DNA of 53,813 nt from Promethearchaeota archaeon (GTDB lineage Archaea > Asgardarchaeota > Lokiarchaeia > Sigyniarchaeales > SOKP01), in NCBI GenBank assembly GCA_016840165.1, contig JAEOSU010000004.1, forward strand, positions 1-53,813, given 5' to 3'. This document shows, one piece after another, positions 1-9,820 of the stretch. A program made the translations under genes and the position numbers. How positions within the stretch are numbered: position 1 is the first letter of the stretch; each line of letters starts with the position of its first letter. The notes beneath the pieces are model-generated. The model was not told where the DNA came from. It worked only from the letters and a program-made list of their open reading frames with translations, and made no database searches.

Positions 1-225
1 AAGTATACTACAAAAATTTTGGAAGAAATTAGTAAAATTCCTGAAGTTTGTTCTGTGTTTCATACAACAGGAGAACAATCTGCTTGTTTAGTATGTAGAT
101 TTAAGGAATCAGAGGATGTTCATAAATTTATTAGAAGAATAAATGAAAAAGATCATGTCACAAAAACAATCTCCAACATGGTGCTTAAAGAATATAAAAA
201 CTATTCTTCAATAATAGGATTATAA
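1..225 (+). CDS. Lrp/AsnC family transcriptional regulator, C-terminal ligand-binding (RAM) domain; 5'-truncated by window edge
   Basis: Frame is open from base 1; 'ISKIPEVCSVFHTTGEQSACLVCRF...V.KTISNMVLKEYK' fits the AsnC/Lrp RAM domain pattern. Confidence 0.8.
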   Translation, partial: KYTTKILEEISKIPEVCSVFHTTGEQSACLVCRFKESEDVHKFIRRINEKDHVTKTISNMVLKEYKNYSSIIGL

Positions 226-257
226 AAGTAAGAAAAAATTGCTTTATAAATTACTCA

Positions 258-659
258 CTACTTTTCTGGCTTAAAGTCTAAAGAAATAGAGTTAATACAA
301 TACCGCAATCCCGTTGGTTTTGGACCATCCTTAAATACATGTCCCAAATGACTTTTACAGTTTTTACATAATACTTCCGTACGAATCATTCCATGGCTTA
401 AATCTTTTTTACTTCCTATTTTCTCTTCTCCAACTGGAGCATAAAAACTAGGCCATCCACTTCCTGATTCGAATTTTGTTTCAGAATCAAATAAAGGCTC
501 ACCACATGCTGCACATTTATATATCCCTTTTTCATGATGGTTCCAATATTTTCCTGTAAAAGCTGGTTCAGTCCCCTTTTCTCTAAGTACTCTATATTGT
601 TCTTTAGTTAATTTTTCTCGCCATTTACTTTCATCATATTCATTATTTTCCGCTTTCAT
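258..659 (-). CDS. msrB: Peptide methionine-R-sulfoxide reductase
   Basis: GTEPAF, two CxxC Zn pairs, GWPSF, HLGHVF, RYCINS. Confidence 0.97.
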   Translation of the reverse strand: MKAENNEYDESKWREKLTKEQYRVLREKGTEPAFTGKYWNHHEKGIYKCAACGEPLFDSETKFESGSGWPSFYAPVGEEKIGSKKDLSHGMIRTEVLCKNCKSHLGHVFKDGPKPTGLRYCINSISLDFKPEK

Positions 660-918
660 AGTGATAATAAAGTATAAAATAGGAATATTATAACTTCTGA
701 TTATAAAACAAACATTTCAATTAGTAAAGACATAATTTCTATTATAAAAAGAGCAAAGTAATATCTAAAATATAAATGAATTCGAGTTATAAAAAAGACT
801 ACCAAATTTTATCACAATTTTTTAGGGAGCACATTCTTTATATTAATATCGTTAAAATTCTATATTTACGAGTATCGTAGAAAAGTTTTCTCTACAAAAA
901 CTAAAGTGAGTCTATAAA

Positions 919-2079
919 ATGCCTGATTTTATTGTAACTCCATGGGAAGTTTCTGGAGAAATTGATTATGACCAAATTATCAAAGAATTTGGCATTGAAC
1001 CTATAGATGAGAAACTACTGTTTTATATAAAAGAAATTGCTAAAGAACTTCATCCCTTTTTGACTAGAAAAATTTTTTTTGCTCATCGGGACTTTAAGTG
1101 GATTTTAGACGAATACAGAAATGGAAATCCCTTTTTTCTTTATACGGGACGGGGCCCTTCTGGAGACATTCATTTAGGCCATATTATGCCATGGTTATTC
1201 ACCAAATGGCTTCAAGATAAATTTGATGTAGAATTATGGTTTCAATTAACAGATGATGAAAAATTCCTTTTTAATCAACCACTATCATATGATGAGGCAT
1301 ATCAATACTCCTATGATAATGCGTTGGATATTATCGCATTAGGATTTGACCCAAAAAAGACTTTTATTTTTTCCGATATTGATCTTGCTGGAGTTCTATA
1401 CCGAAATGCATTAAAAATTGCTAAAAAAATCACATTTTCTACAATTAGAGCCACTTTTGGTTTAGATAATAGTGCGAATATTGGTCAAATTTTCTATACG
1501 AGTATTCAAACTGTTCCAGCTATACTTAAATCTATAATTGAGGAAAAAAATATCCCATGTTTAATTCCCCATGCAGTTGATCAAGACCCTCACTTTCGAT
1601 TATCGAGAGATGTTTTACCAAAACTTGGTTATTACAAACCAGCTTCAATACAATGTATTTTTCTTCCAAGTCTTCAACAAGGAGGGAAAATGTCAGCCTC
1701 AGTAGAAAATACTGCGATATTTACCCAAGATAGCCCAGCAGAAGTCAAAAAAAAGGTAAATAACGCTTTTACTGGAGGACAAGCAAGTGCAAAGTTACAG
1801 AGAGAAATAGGAGGTAATCCTTCAGTATGCTCTGTATTCAAATACCATTTTATGTTATTTACTTTAGATGATAAGGAAATAAGAAATATTGAATCTCGAT
1901 GCAGAGCAGGTGATCTTTTATGTGGCGAATGCAAAAATGATCTCATTCAAAAAATTAATTCCTTTCTTAAAACACACCAAGAGAGAAGAGAGAAAGCAAG
2001 ACCTAAGCTTGATAAGTTTCTTATTAAAGAAAGAACTGATTTGAAGGAGATTGTCAAAGAAAAGTTAAAAAAGTTATGA
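919..2079 (+). CDS. trpS: Tryptophan--tRNA ligase (archaeal/eukaryotic type)
   Basis: VTPWEV, YTGRGPS, HLGH, TDDEK, DQDPHFR, KMSAS, AFTGG. Confidence 0.97.
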   Translation: MPDFIVTPWEVSGEIDYDQIIKEFGIEPIDEKLLFYIKEIAKELHPFLTRKIFFAHRDFKWILDEYRNGNPFFLYTGRGPSGDIHLGHIMPWLFTKWLQDKFDVELWFQLTDDEKFLFNQPLSYDEAYQYSYDNALDIIALGFDPKKTFIFSDIDLAGVLYRNALKIAKKITFSTIRATFGLDNSANIGQIFYTSIQTVPAILKSIIEEKNIPCLIPHAVDQDPHFRLSRDVLPKLGYYKPASIQCIFLPSLQQGGKMSASVENTAIFTQDSPAEVKKKVNNAFTGGQASAKLQREIGGNPSVCSVFKYHFMLFTLDDKEIRNIESRCRAGDLLCGECKNDLIQKINSFLKTHQERREKARPKLDKFLIKERTDLKEIVKEKLKKL

Positions 2080-2092
2080 AATTAGAAAATAT

Positions 2093-3034
2093 TTAGGATA
2101 ATATTAAAGGTTCTAATATCTGTCTCAAATCTACAAGAAATTCAGAAAAATTTTCAAGAAAAGCATCTTTATATTTTTCTTGGATAATTACTGAGGCAAA
2201 AAAGGATTGATCTCCTATTTCAAATTTATGTAAGTACGATAATAATTCATTTCCAATCGTAGAGAAATTCGCATCAGCCTCATATGCTTCCTCTTGCATC
2301 CGTTTCAGGAGAAATAAATGTTCTTTAATCGATTCTAAAAATTCAATATATATTTTTGGTTCAATGACGCTACTGTAGAATTCACTTATGATGATTCCAT
2401 TTTTATCAAAAACTATGAGAGATTTGCAGTTAAATTCTTCTAAATAGTGCTCCAGTAGTTCTGAAAGTTCAAAGAATTTCTCATCAAATATGGATAATCC
2501 ATACGAAATCAATTGAACGATTGAAATAATATTATAGATGGAAGTTTGTTGAAATAATATCTTAAACATAGAGTATTTATCCATAATGGTGTCTCGAAGG
2601 TAATTAACATCTAAACTTGCGGTCTCAACATCATGTATGTCTGGATCAAACTTATGAAATGTAATAATTAATGGAATATCGAGGTTGTTTTTTAAGAAAT
2701 TCTGAAGAATCATATCTAAATATGAAAGTGAAGTGTTAAATCGTTCTTTATCTTGGATATCGATAACATATAGGATTAAATCTGTGCCAGAAAAATAAAT
2801 ATCCTGTTTATTTTCATAAAGCTCTCTATATTTTTTCTGTCCTCCCATATCCCAGAAAACAGTTTTATTCCGGAGAAATTCGGTGGCATGATATTCCACA
2901 CGAATGGTTGGAGTAAGCGAAATAATATCTTTGTGAAAGTCGTACTTTTTGTCTAAAGCTGTGAGGATTGATGTTTTTCCTGCATTATCTAATCCTGCGA
3001 TAATAATTTTTATGAGATTTTCCATGTTCTTCAC
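2093..3034 (-). CDS. Arf-related/Rag-like small GTPase with C-terminal roadblock/longin-like domain (probable ATG start at 3025)
   Basis: G1 GLDNAGKT, G2 PT, G3 WDMGGQ, G4 HKFD; C-terminal ~125 aa beginning 'LIVFDKNGIIISEF'. Confidence 0.85.
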   Translation of the reverse strand: MKNMENLIKIIIAGLDNAGKTSILTALDKKYDFHKDIISLTPTIRVEYHATEFLRNKTVFWDMGGQKKYRELYENKQDIYFSGTDLILYVIDIQDKERFNTSLSYLDMILQNFLKNNLDIPLIITFHKFDPDIHDVETASLDVNYLRDTIMDKYSMFKILFQQTSIYNIISIVQLISYGLSIFDEKFFELSELLEHYLEEFNCKSLIVFDKNGIIISEFYSSVIEPKIYIEFLESIKEHLFLLKRMQEEAYEADANFSTIGNELLSYLHKFEIGDQSFFASVIIQEKYKDAFLENFSEFLVDLRQILEPLILS

Positions 3035-3327
3035 AATTTAAAAATGTATGAATTGAAAGATAGATCTAATTTTAAACCCCTAATAATAACTTAAAACGGA
3101 ATTATTATTTTTTATTAGAAAGAGAAATTCATTATTTTTAACCTTATGTTGTTTAATCTTATGCTAGTTTTAATATCTCGAATTTTTTCTTAGACGATTT
3201 ATAATAAAGATTTGCGATCTAGAACATGAATACGAGAATATTATAAGAAAAATATTGAAGCATCATACCAATGATATAGGTTTTTTTTAGTCAGATACGC
3301 TCTACACTATTTAAACACCAAATAAAT

Positions 3328-3558
3328 TTGGGGTTTATTGTGTTGGAAAATGAAAATAGGTTCATAGAATACTTAAGATTTCAAATTAATCGGAAATTTA
3401 AATCAGATCAGGTAGTTAAAAAAATACCCATGTTTCGTGCAAAATTAGATGATAGTAATGCCAAAATTCTACAGATGATAGATTATTTTGAAGATATGAA
3501 GCGAAGGGATATATATGCCTATTTGGTTCAAGAATTTAATAAATTAAATCAAAAATGA
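3328..3558 (+). CDS. Small hypothetical protein, paralog of 3688..3897
   Basis: Aligns by eye with the next ORF (EN.F.E.L..QI, V.KIP.F, IL.M.D, RR.IY..L). Confidence 0.7.
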   Translation: MGFIVLENENRFIEYLRFQINRKFKSDQVVKKIPMFRAKLDDSNAKILQMIDYFEDMKRRDIYAYLVQEFNKLNQK

Positions 3559-3566
3559 ATAATTCC

Positions 3567-3575
3567 TTTTTTTTT
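3567..3575 (+). terminator. Oligo-T tract, possible archaeal intrinsic terminator
   Basis: T9 run just after the stop codon at 3558. Confidence 0.35.
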
Positions 3576-3687
3576 ATTTCTATTTATGTCATGTTATTTG
3601 AATAACATATCTATGGCTTTTGGATAACATTCTCATTTTTTAAATAAATTTGATATAAGTAAATTAAACTAATAAGAGTGTATAATA

Positions 3688-3897
3688 ATGGATCAAGAAA
3701 ATCATTTCTATGAATTTTTAAAATATCAAATTGGTCAGAAGAAAGAATTCAATGGCACCGTTCGGAAGATCCCCTTATTTAAAAACAAGACTCAGGATCA
3801 TTACTTCACTATATTAAAGATGACCGATATTCACCGAAGGGAGATTTATAGCTTATTAATGAAGAATATTGATGACGTTATAGTTCTAGAGCATTAA
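3688..3897 (+). CDS. Small hypothetical protein, paralog of 3328..3558
   Basis: ATG start; similarity to the preceding ORF. Confidence 0.7.
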   Translation: MDQENHFYEFLKYQIGQKKEFNGTVRKIPLFKNKTQDHYFTILKMTDIHRREIYSLLMKNIDDVIVLEH

Positions 3898-3933
3898 TAC
3901 TTATAAAACTAAATTAAAGTCAGTTCTTAAATA

Positions 3934-4356
3934 TCATTCTCCGATAAGTGTTAAATATATTTTCCGAGTACGGGGTTTCTCATCATTCTCCAAAAATATT
4001 ATTTGCTGCCATGTACCTAAGAGTAACTTTTTGTTCTTGAAAGGAAAGGTCTGAGAAGTTTTTAGAAGGAAACTCCTTAAATGACCTGCTCCATTATGGT
4101 CTCCCCATGTTCTGTGATGTTTATAATTTGCATTATATGGAATAATGCTTTCTAAAAATTCTTCAATATCCTTTTTTACTAATCCAGGTTCGAATTCAAC
4201 TGTTGATATAGCGCCTGTAGATCCGGCTATATGAACATTCACAATACCATCATTTATATTACTTTTTTTAATTTTTTCTTGGACCTGAGATGTAATATCA
4301 ATGATATCACAATACGCTTTTGTTTTTAGATCGAAATTATAAAATTCAACCGTCAT
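3934..4356 (-). CDS. yjbQ: YjbQ/UPF0047 family protein (secondary thiamine-phosphate synthase-like)
   Basis: DIT, GSTGAIST.EFEPGL, Y.HH..WGDHNG..HLRS, LGTWQQI. Confidence 0.92.
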   Translation of the reverse strand: MTVEFYNFDLKTKAYCDIIDITSQVQEKIKKSNINDGIVNVHIAGSTGAISTVEFEPGLVKKDIEEFLESIIPYNANYKHHRTWGDHNGAGHLRSFLLKTSQTFPFKNKKLLLGTWQQIIFLENDEKPRTRKIYLTLIGE

Positions 4357-4455
4357 AATTAATTCATCAAACTTAATTTTGGGTATAATAATCTTATTTA
4401 GTCATATTAATTTAAATTATATATCTTTCAGTAAGAAAATTGATTTGCATTAAAT

Positions 4456-4875
4456 ATGAGTGAGAAATTAAAGAATTTATTCAAGAAGATCCATGATCCT
4501 AAAACTCAAATCCCTGAATACATAAGTATTATCGTACGGCCGGGAAAAAAAATTATTGATATTAAAATTAAAAAAGAAACTAATAATATTTTACGGATCA
4601 TTGCTCATGATGAAAAAGTAGTGGGTTGGTTCATTCATTCTTTTCATATTCCTATCAAAAATCTTGGATTAACTCCAGATGCTAAGGATAAAGAAATATT
4701 AGATTATTTAACTAATCCCGCAAAAATACCACAGAAAGAAACAAAAGATTATGTAGAAGATATATTAAGAAAGTACATTGAAATTTTGCCTGAAAAGAAG
4801 AAACATTTTTTTAAGACTAAACGGTTTAAGAAAAAGAAAGAAATCCAAACTGGGTTAAAATTGAAGGGTTTTTAG
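4456..4875 (+). CDS. Hypothetical basic protein
   Basis: 139-aa ORF filling the gap between neighbours; Lys-rich C-terminus; no motif recognised. Confidence 0.7.
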   Translation: MSEKLKNLFKKIHDPKTQIPEYISIIVRPGKKIIDIKIKKETNNILRIIAHDEKVVGWFIHSFHIPIKNLGLTPDAKDKEILDYLTNPAKIPQKETKDYVEDILRKYIEILPEKKKHFFKTKRFKKKKEIQTGLKLKGF

Positions 4876-4891
4876 CTTTTCTATTTCTTAC

Positions 4892-5758
4892 TTATTCGCG
4901 TAACGGCATTCCATTCATACTAATATACTCATTAGAGTTAGGCTTTTTCCCGCGATAAGGGTTTTTTAGGTTTTTGATCTTTCTGCCAAAAGTAAGATAT
5001 CCAGTATGCCCAATCATCCGAACTTGGGGTCTTGTTGCATTTTCCTTAACCTGCATCGTTCTCTTTATTAATTCATAGGTATTAATATCAAAAAATCCGT
5101 TTTTTTGTAACTTAAAGGTAGTCTTTTTAACCTGTTCTATGGTAGGAGAAAAAGATACAAGAATTCCACTTAATTTTAAATATTCCTTCACTTTTTCGAT
5201 TGCTTCCCATGGTTGAGGAATATCGAGAATAATTGAATCAATTTCTTGAAGATTTAAATCTTCATTTAATATGTCTGCCTTTTTAATAGTTACATACTCT
5301 TCGAGCTGAGCTTTTTTAACATTCTTATTAGTTCTTTTAAGACTAGAATCTCTAATATCAAATGAATATACATGCCCATCAGGTCGGATATAATTTCCTA
5401 AAATACAAGTAAGCGCTCCAGAGCCACATCCTGCCTCTATTACTTTACTTCCAGAGCTTATGCCACCATATAATAATATTAATCCAGCATCTTCGGGATA
5501 AATAATTTGAGTTTTTCTAGCCATGTGTAGGATATAATCTGAGGGTAATGGTTTAAGAACATAGAATTTATATCCTTGAGTATGAAATGGTTTTGAAAAA
5601 ACTACAGAACCAAAAGGTTTGCCAATAAGATCATTAAATTCTATATATCCTCTATTTGTATGAAAAATCTCACCTTTTTTAATAGTTAATAACCATTTCC
5701 TTCGATTATCATAAACCAAATAAATTAAATCGTTTTCCTTAATTTGCTCAGAAATCAT
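4892..5758 (-). CDS. trmI: tRNA (adenine57/58-N1)-methyltransferase
   Basis: R.TQIIYPED, EAGCGSGALT, LDIPQPW, FSPTIEQV, RP..RMIGHTGYL. Confidence 0.95.
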   Translation of the reverse strand: MISEQIKENDLIYLVYDNRRKWLLTIKKGEIFHTNRGYIEFNDLIGKPFGSVVFSKPFHTQGYKFYVLKPLPSDYILHMARKTQIIYPEDAGLILLYGGISSGSKVIEAGCGSGALTCILGNYIRPDGHVYSFDIRDSSLKRTNKNVKKAQLEEYVTIKKADILNEDLNLQEIDSIILDIPQPWEAIEKVKEYLKLSGILVSFSPTIEQVKKTTFKLQKNGFFDINTYELIKRTMQVKENATRPQVRMIGHTGYLTFGRKIKNLKNPYRGKKPNSNEYISMNGMPLRE

Positions 5759-6009
5759 TTTATTTGCACATATAAAAAGGTCTTTATTCTCTAATTATTT
5801 TATAATGATTTAATTTTTTATGATAATTTATTGAATTCAATTATTTCTCTGTTTAAGAAATAGCTTTATACTTGAATAAGTTTTTACATAAATGTAATAT
5901 TTGTGCTTTTTAAAGCGCTTATTAGAATTTTTTACAAAAAATATAAAATATATGAAAAATTGAAATATTTAATCATTGATGATATCTATTTTCATACAAT
6001 TACTCGTTA

Positions 6010-6942
6010 ATGACTTATTATATGAGTAGAGAGAAATTAAATCCCCCTCAAAATTCTAGAATCTCGTTTCAAGAGCTTCAATCTCAGATAGAGGAATTTA
6101 GGAAGAAGAGGGATGATTTGAATAATAAAACCAAAAATTATATCAATCAATTACAAGATTTAGATTCAGAAATAAATAATTATTTGAAATTAGCTAAAGA
6201 TAATTATAAAAAGAAAAGAGATTATTGGAATGAGAAAGTTGGGAAATTAAAAGAAAAGAAAATCGAATACAAAAGGATGCTTGAAAAAACTATAGATGAA
6301 AAGAAAAAGATCCTAGGGATAGACGATACTAAAAACGCAGATAAAAAATTTCACTCAATGAAACAAATTGAAAGAAAAATCGAAGGGTTAGAAAGAATAA
6401 TTGAAACCGAAAATTTAGATATCTCAGAAGAAAATTCGATTATAGATAAAATTAAAGAGTTAATGGTAGATAAACAAGAATTTGTAGCAGAACAGCAGAA
6501 CTCTGACGTATTTAAAATTGAAAGAAAAATCCAAATCATTAAGATAAACTTGAATAAAATCTATGAACAATTAAATAAATGGTCTAACAAATCCCAGAAT
6601 TATCATTCGAAGATGCAAGAAACATTTGAAATTATAAACGAGTTGAAAAGTAAGAAAAAAGAAGTAGAAGAATTTTTAATTGAAAATAAAAAAGCAGCAG
6701 ATATTTTTCATGACAAATTCTTGAATCTAATGAATCAAAAAAAGAAAATTTCGAAAGGAAAGAGATCATACAAATCTTCATCTAGAAACTATAAGAAAAG
6801 TTTTAAACCAAATAATAAACAAGAAGAGAAACTTGAGAAAATTAAGCAAGATAAACTAGCAGTAGCTTTAGAAAAACAAAAAGCAGGTAAAAAGCTAAAT
6901 TTATATGAGGCTCGGCTTATTTTAGAAAAATCGCAAGAATAA
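6010..6942 (+). CDS. Archaeal long coiled-coil protein (COG1340-like)
   Basis: Heptad-rich throughout; 'IE.LE.IIETE.LD..EE..IIDKI' and C-terminal 'A.EK.KAGKKL.L.E' resemble this family. Confidence 0.7.
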   Translation: MTYYMSREKLNPPQNSRISFQELQSQIEEFRKKRDDLNNKTKNYINQLQDLDSEINNYLKLAKDNYKKKRDYWNEKVGKLKEKKIEYKRMLEKTIDEKKKILGIDDTKNADKKFHSMKQIERKIEGLERIIETENLDISEENSIIDKIKELMVDKQEFVAEQQNSDVFKIERKIQIIKINLNKIYEQLNKWSNKSQNYHSKMQETFEIINELKSKKKEVEEFLIENKKAADIFHDKFLNLMNQKKKISKGKRSYKSSSRNYKKSFKPNNKQEEKLEKIKQDKLAVALEKQKAGKKLNLYEARLILEKSQE

Positions 6943-7081
6943 TTTCTGACACGATTATTCCGATTTAAAGTTAATTAAAGAATCTATTTCATTATTATCC
7001 AGATTTTCCAAAAAGATTTAAAAAAATTGTCATTTTATTTTAAATTTAATATATGAAATTTATAAAAAGATTTGATTAAAA

Positions 7082-8410
7082 TTGAAAAAGAAAATCGAAG
7101 AGATTAGAAATATATTACTTGAGCATCATGATTTATTCCAAAACGCAATACCTTTAATTGCTTCTGAAAACATTACTAGCCCTGCGGTTGATGAAGCGTG
7201 CTTATGTGATTTTAGTCATCGCTACGCCGAAGGGTGGTCAGGTCAGAGAGTATATGCAGGTTGTAAATACATTGATCAAATAGAAGATATTTGTATGGAA
7301 CTGGCTAGAGAATATTTTAAATGTATTCATGCGGATGTGAGGCCAATCTCTGGAGTTGTAGCAAATTTAACAATGTATAATGCATTCACTTCAGATAATA
7401 ACGGAAAAATGTGCTGTATGTCAATTATCAGAGGTGGGCATATTTCCCATGGTCCAAGATTTGCAAAAAGTGGAAGAGAAATTTTTGGTACAGCAGGAAC
7501 AACTAGAGGATTAAACATTGAATACCTTGCATTTGATAATGATGAGATGAATCTTGATATCGATGCATCTGCCAAAATTATTAGAGATTTTGAACCAGAG
7601 TTAGTTCTTTTCGGAGGTTCTGTTTTCCTATTTCCGCATCCCGTAAAAGAATTAGGTGAAGTAGCAAGAGAAGTTGGCGCAAGTGTTGGATATGATGCTG
7701 CTCATGTAGCAGGTTTGATTGGCTCAGGATACTTTCAAGATCCTCTAAGAGAAGGAGCAGACGTAATGACGATGAGCACTCATAAAACGCTTCCCGGACC
7801 ACAACATGGTACTTTAGTTTCAAATCGAGAAGATTTAGTAGAAACCTTACGATCTTGTGCATTCCCAGCGCTATTATCCAACCATCACTTGCATAATGTG
7901 GCGGGTTTGGCAGTAGCTTTAGCTGAAATGCTTGAATTTGGTAAAGATTATCATGAGAACGTTATTGCTAATGCCAAAGCGCTTGGTCAAGCTCTTCATG
8001 AGAGAGGGTTAAAGGTATTAATGGAGCATAAAGGATTTACTGAATCACATCAAATTGTGGTGGATATTGCTGATCATGCAAAATCTATCGGACTAGGGGG
8101 AGATATTGAGGCTTTATTAGAAGCGAGCAACATTATTTTAAATAGAAATTTACTCCCTCGAGATCTCGCTGAAGGCAGACATTACCAAAACCCAGGGGGT
8201 TTGCGTATAGGAACTTCGGAAGTTACAAGACTTGGAATGGGTAAAAGTGAAATGCAGGAAATAGCAGAATTTTTGAAACAGATAATTATCGATAAAAAAG
8301 ATCCAAAGAAGGTCAAACAAGAAGTTATTGAATTTCGAAAGCAATTCCAAGAAATAAAATATTGCTTTCAAAAACAAAATCAGGCATACGAGTATTTTAA
8401 ATTATATTAA
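7082..8410 (+). CDS. glyA: Serine hydroxymethyltransferase (archaeal type)
   Basis: LIASEN, RYAEG, GGHISH, YDAAHV, STHKTLPGPQ (PLP lysine), GLRIGT. Confidence 0.97.
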   Translation: MKKKIEEIRNILLEHHDLFQNAIPLIASENITSPAVDEACLCDFSHRYAEGWSGQRVYAGCKYIDQIEDICMELAREYFKCIHADVRPISGVVANLTMYNAFTSDNNGKMCCMSIIRGGHISHGPRFAKSGREIFGTAGTTRGLNIEYLAFDNDEMNLDIDASAKIIRDFEPELVLFGGSVFLFPHPVKELGEVAREVGASVGYDAAHVAGLIGSGYFQDPLREGADVMTMSTHKTLPGPQHGTLVSNREDLVETLRSCAFPALLSNHHLHNVAGLAVALAEMLEFGKDYHENVIANAKALGQALHERGLKVLMEHKGFTESHQIVVDIADHAKSIGLGGDIEALLEASNIILNRNLLPRDLAEGRHYQNPGGLRIGTSEVTRLGMGKSEMQEIAEFLKQIIIDKKDPKKVKQEVIEFRKQFQEIKYCFQKQNQAYEYFKLY

Positions 8411-8516
8411 TTCTTTTTATTCTATTTTTTAAGCTTAAACAGTAAAATTTATCTAAAATCGCATCTTTCAATTAATATTCAAATAATTGATTTAATAGAT
8501 GTAATTTTTTATAATT

Positions 8517-9356
8517 ATGAGCCCAATGAAGCTTGAGGTAATTGAAAAAACAGAGAACAAACTTGTTTTCATAATAGAAGGCGTCTCTATTGAAATGATA
8601 AATGCATTAAGACGTATAATCTTGACAGAAGTGCCTGTTATGGCAATTGATGAGGTCATCGTATTAAAGAATGACAGTCCTCTTTATGATGAAATTATAT
8701 CTCATCGATTAGGTTTGATTCCCTTGAAAACTGATTTGTCAGTCTATAAATTGCCACAAGATTGCGAGTGTGGAGGCTATGGTTGTCCTATGTGCCAAGT
8801 ATCATTAACTTGTGATGTAACTAATACAACAAATAGTCCACTAGAAATCTATTCTGGAGATTTGAATTCAAATGATCCAAAAATAATTCCAGTCCATCCA
8901 AAAATCCCTATTGTTAAAATAGATAAAAAGGATAAGGTTATCATTGAAGCATATGCAATTCTTGGAAGGGCTAAAGATCATGCAAAATGGCAAGCTGTTT
9001 CTAATGCGGCATTCAGATATCTACCAGTAATTGAGTTTAATGAAAATGAAATCACCGATTCTGAAGTAATTGAGCTAATTATAAAAATGTGTCCTGAAGA
9101 TCTATACAGTTCCAAAAATGGAAATATATTAAAGCTAGAAAAGGATTATTGGAAAACTTGTACCTTATGTATGTCTTGTGTTAATAGTTCTGATGGAAAA
9201 ATCAAGGTTTCACATAAAAACGATGCATATATTTTCTCAATTGAAAGTGATGGTGTATTGCCTTTTGATGTACTTATAAAAGAAATCTTTAAGATTTTTA
9301 ATGGAAAAATTGAGGAATTTATTAATAAACTTGAGGAACTCGAAATAGAATCATAA
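8517..9356 (+). CDS. rpo3: DNA-directed RNA polymerase subunit D (Rpo3)
   Basis: NALRR...EVP.MAIDEV, DEIISHRLGLIPL, G.AKDHAKW, F.IESDG. Confidence 0.97.
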   Translation: MSPMKLEVIEKTENKLVFIIEGVSIEMINALRRIILTEVPVMAIDEVIVLKNDSPLYDEIISHRLGLIPLKTDLSVYKLPQDCECGGYGCPMCQVSLTCDVTNTTNSPLEIYSGDLNSNDPKIIPVHPKIPIVKIDKKDKVIIEAYAILGRAKDHAKWQAVSNAAFRYLPVIEFNENEITDSEVIELIIKMCPEDLYSSKNGNILKLEKDYWKTCTLCMSCVNSSDGKIKVSHKNDAYIFSIESDGVLPFDVLIKEIFKIFNGKIEEFINKLEELEIES

Positions 9357-9432
9357 TTGGATCAAAAATTTATTAAAACATCAACTATTTGAGAATTCAT
9401 AGTATTAAACAAGAGAATTATTCGTATTTAAA

Positions 9433-9789
9433 ATGAGCCATCGAATTACAGGACCGAGTAATTATTACACAAGGAAATTGATTCGGGATTTATGGAAAAC
9501 TAAGAGACGAATTTGGAGACAATTATCAAAAAAATTATCCGGTCCCAGAAAGAACCGATTAGAAGCGAATTTGTATCGCATAAATAAGAAAACTAAAGAA
9601 AATGACGTTATTGTAATTCCTGGCAAAGTTTTAGCTAATGGTGATTTAGACCATAAAATTACTATAGCATGTTTAACCTCTTCAGAGGCAGCTAAGAACA
9701 AAATCGAAGTATCGGGTAGCAAATTACTTACTATTGAAGAGCTACTCCAACAGAATCCAGAAGGTAAAAATATCAAAATATTTTATTGA
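9433..9789 (+). CDS. rpl18e: 50S ribosomal protein L18e (eL18)
   Basis: NL.RI, VIPGKVL..G, S..A..KI...G; position after rpo3. Confidence 0.95.
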   Translation: MSHRITGPSNYYTRKLIRDLWKTKRRIWRQLSKKLSGPRKNRLEANLYRINKKTKENDVIVIPGKVLANGDLDHKITIACLTSSEAAKNKIEVSGSKLLTIEELLQQNPEGKNIKIFY

Positions 9790-9820
9790 AACTACCATCA
9801 CAGATAGAGGCCGTTAAATT

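Noticed and set aside
258-659. MsrB or MsrA as selenoproteins
   Set aside because: Both have ordinary Cys codons at the catalytic positions and no in-frame TGA
1674-1946. Antisense or alternate-frame ORFs inside real genes (also 6351, 7327, 7581, 8150, 9465, 10324, 10538, 12482, 12843, 15793, 16241, 17251, 17896, 23085, 23452, 26833, 26922, 28389, 30849, 32702, 32716, 33148, 34310, 35195, 38111, 39749, 39921, 39974, 40915, 41360, 42084, 43247, 45459, 46891, 49225, 50487)
   Set aside because: They overlap well-supported genes, have shadow-ORF composition and show no recognisable motifs
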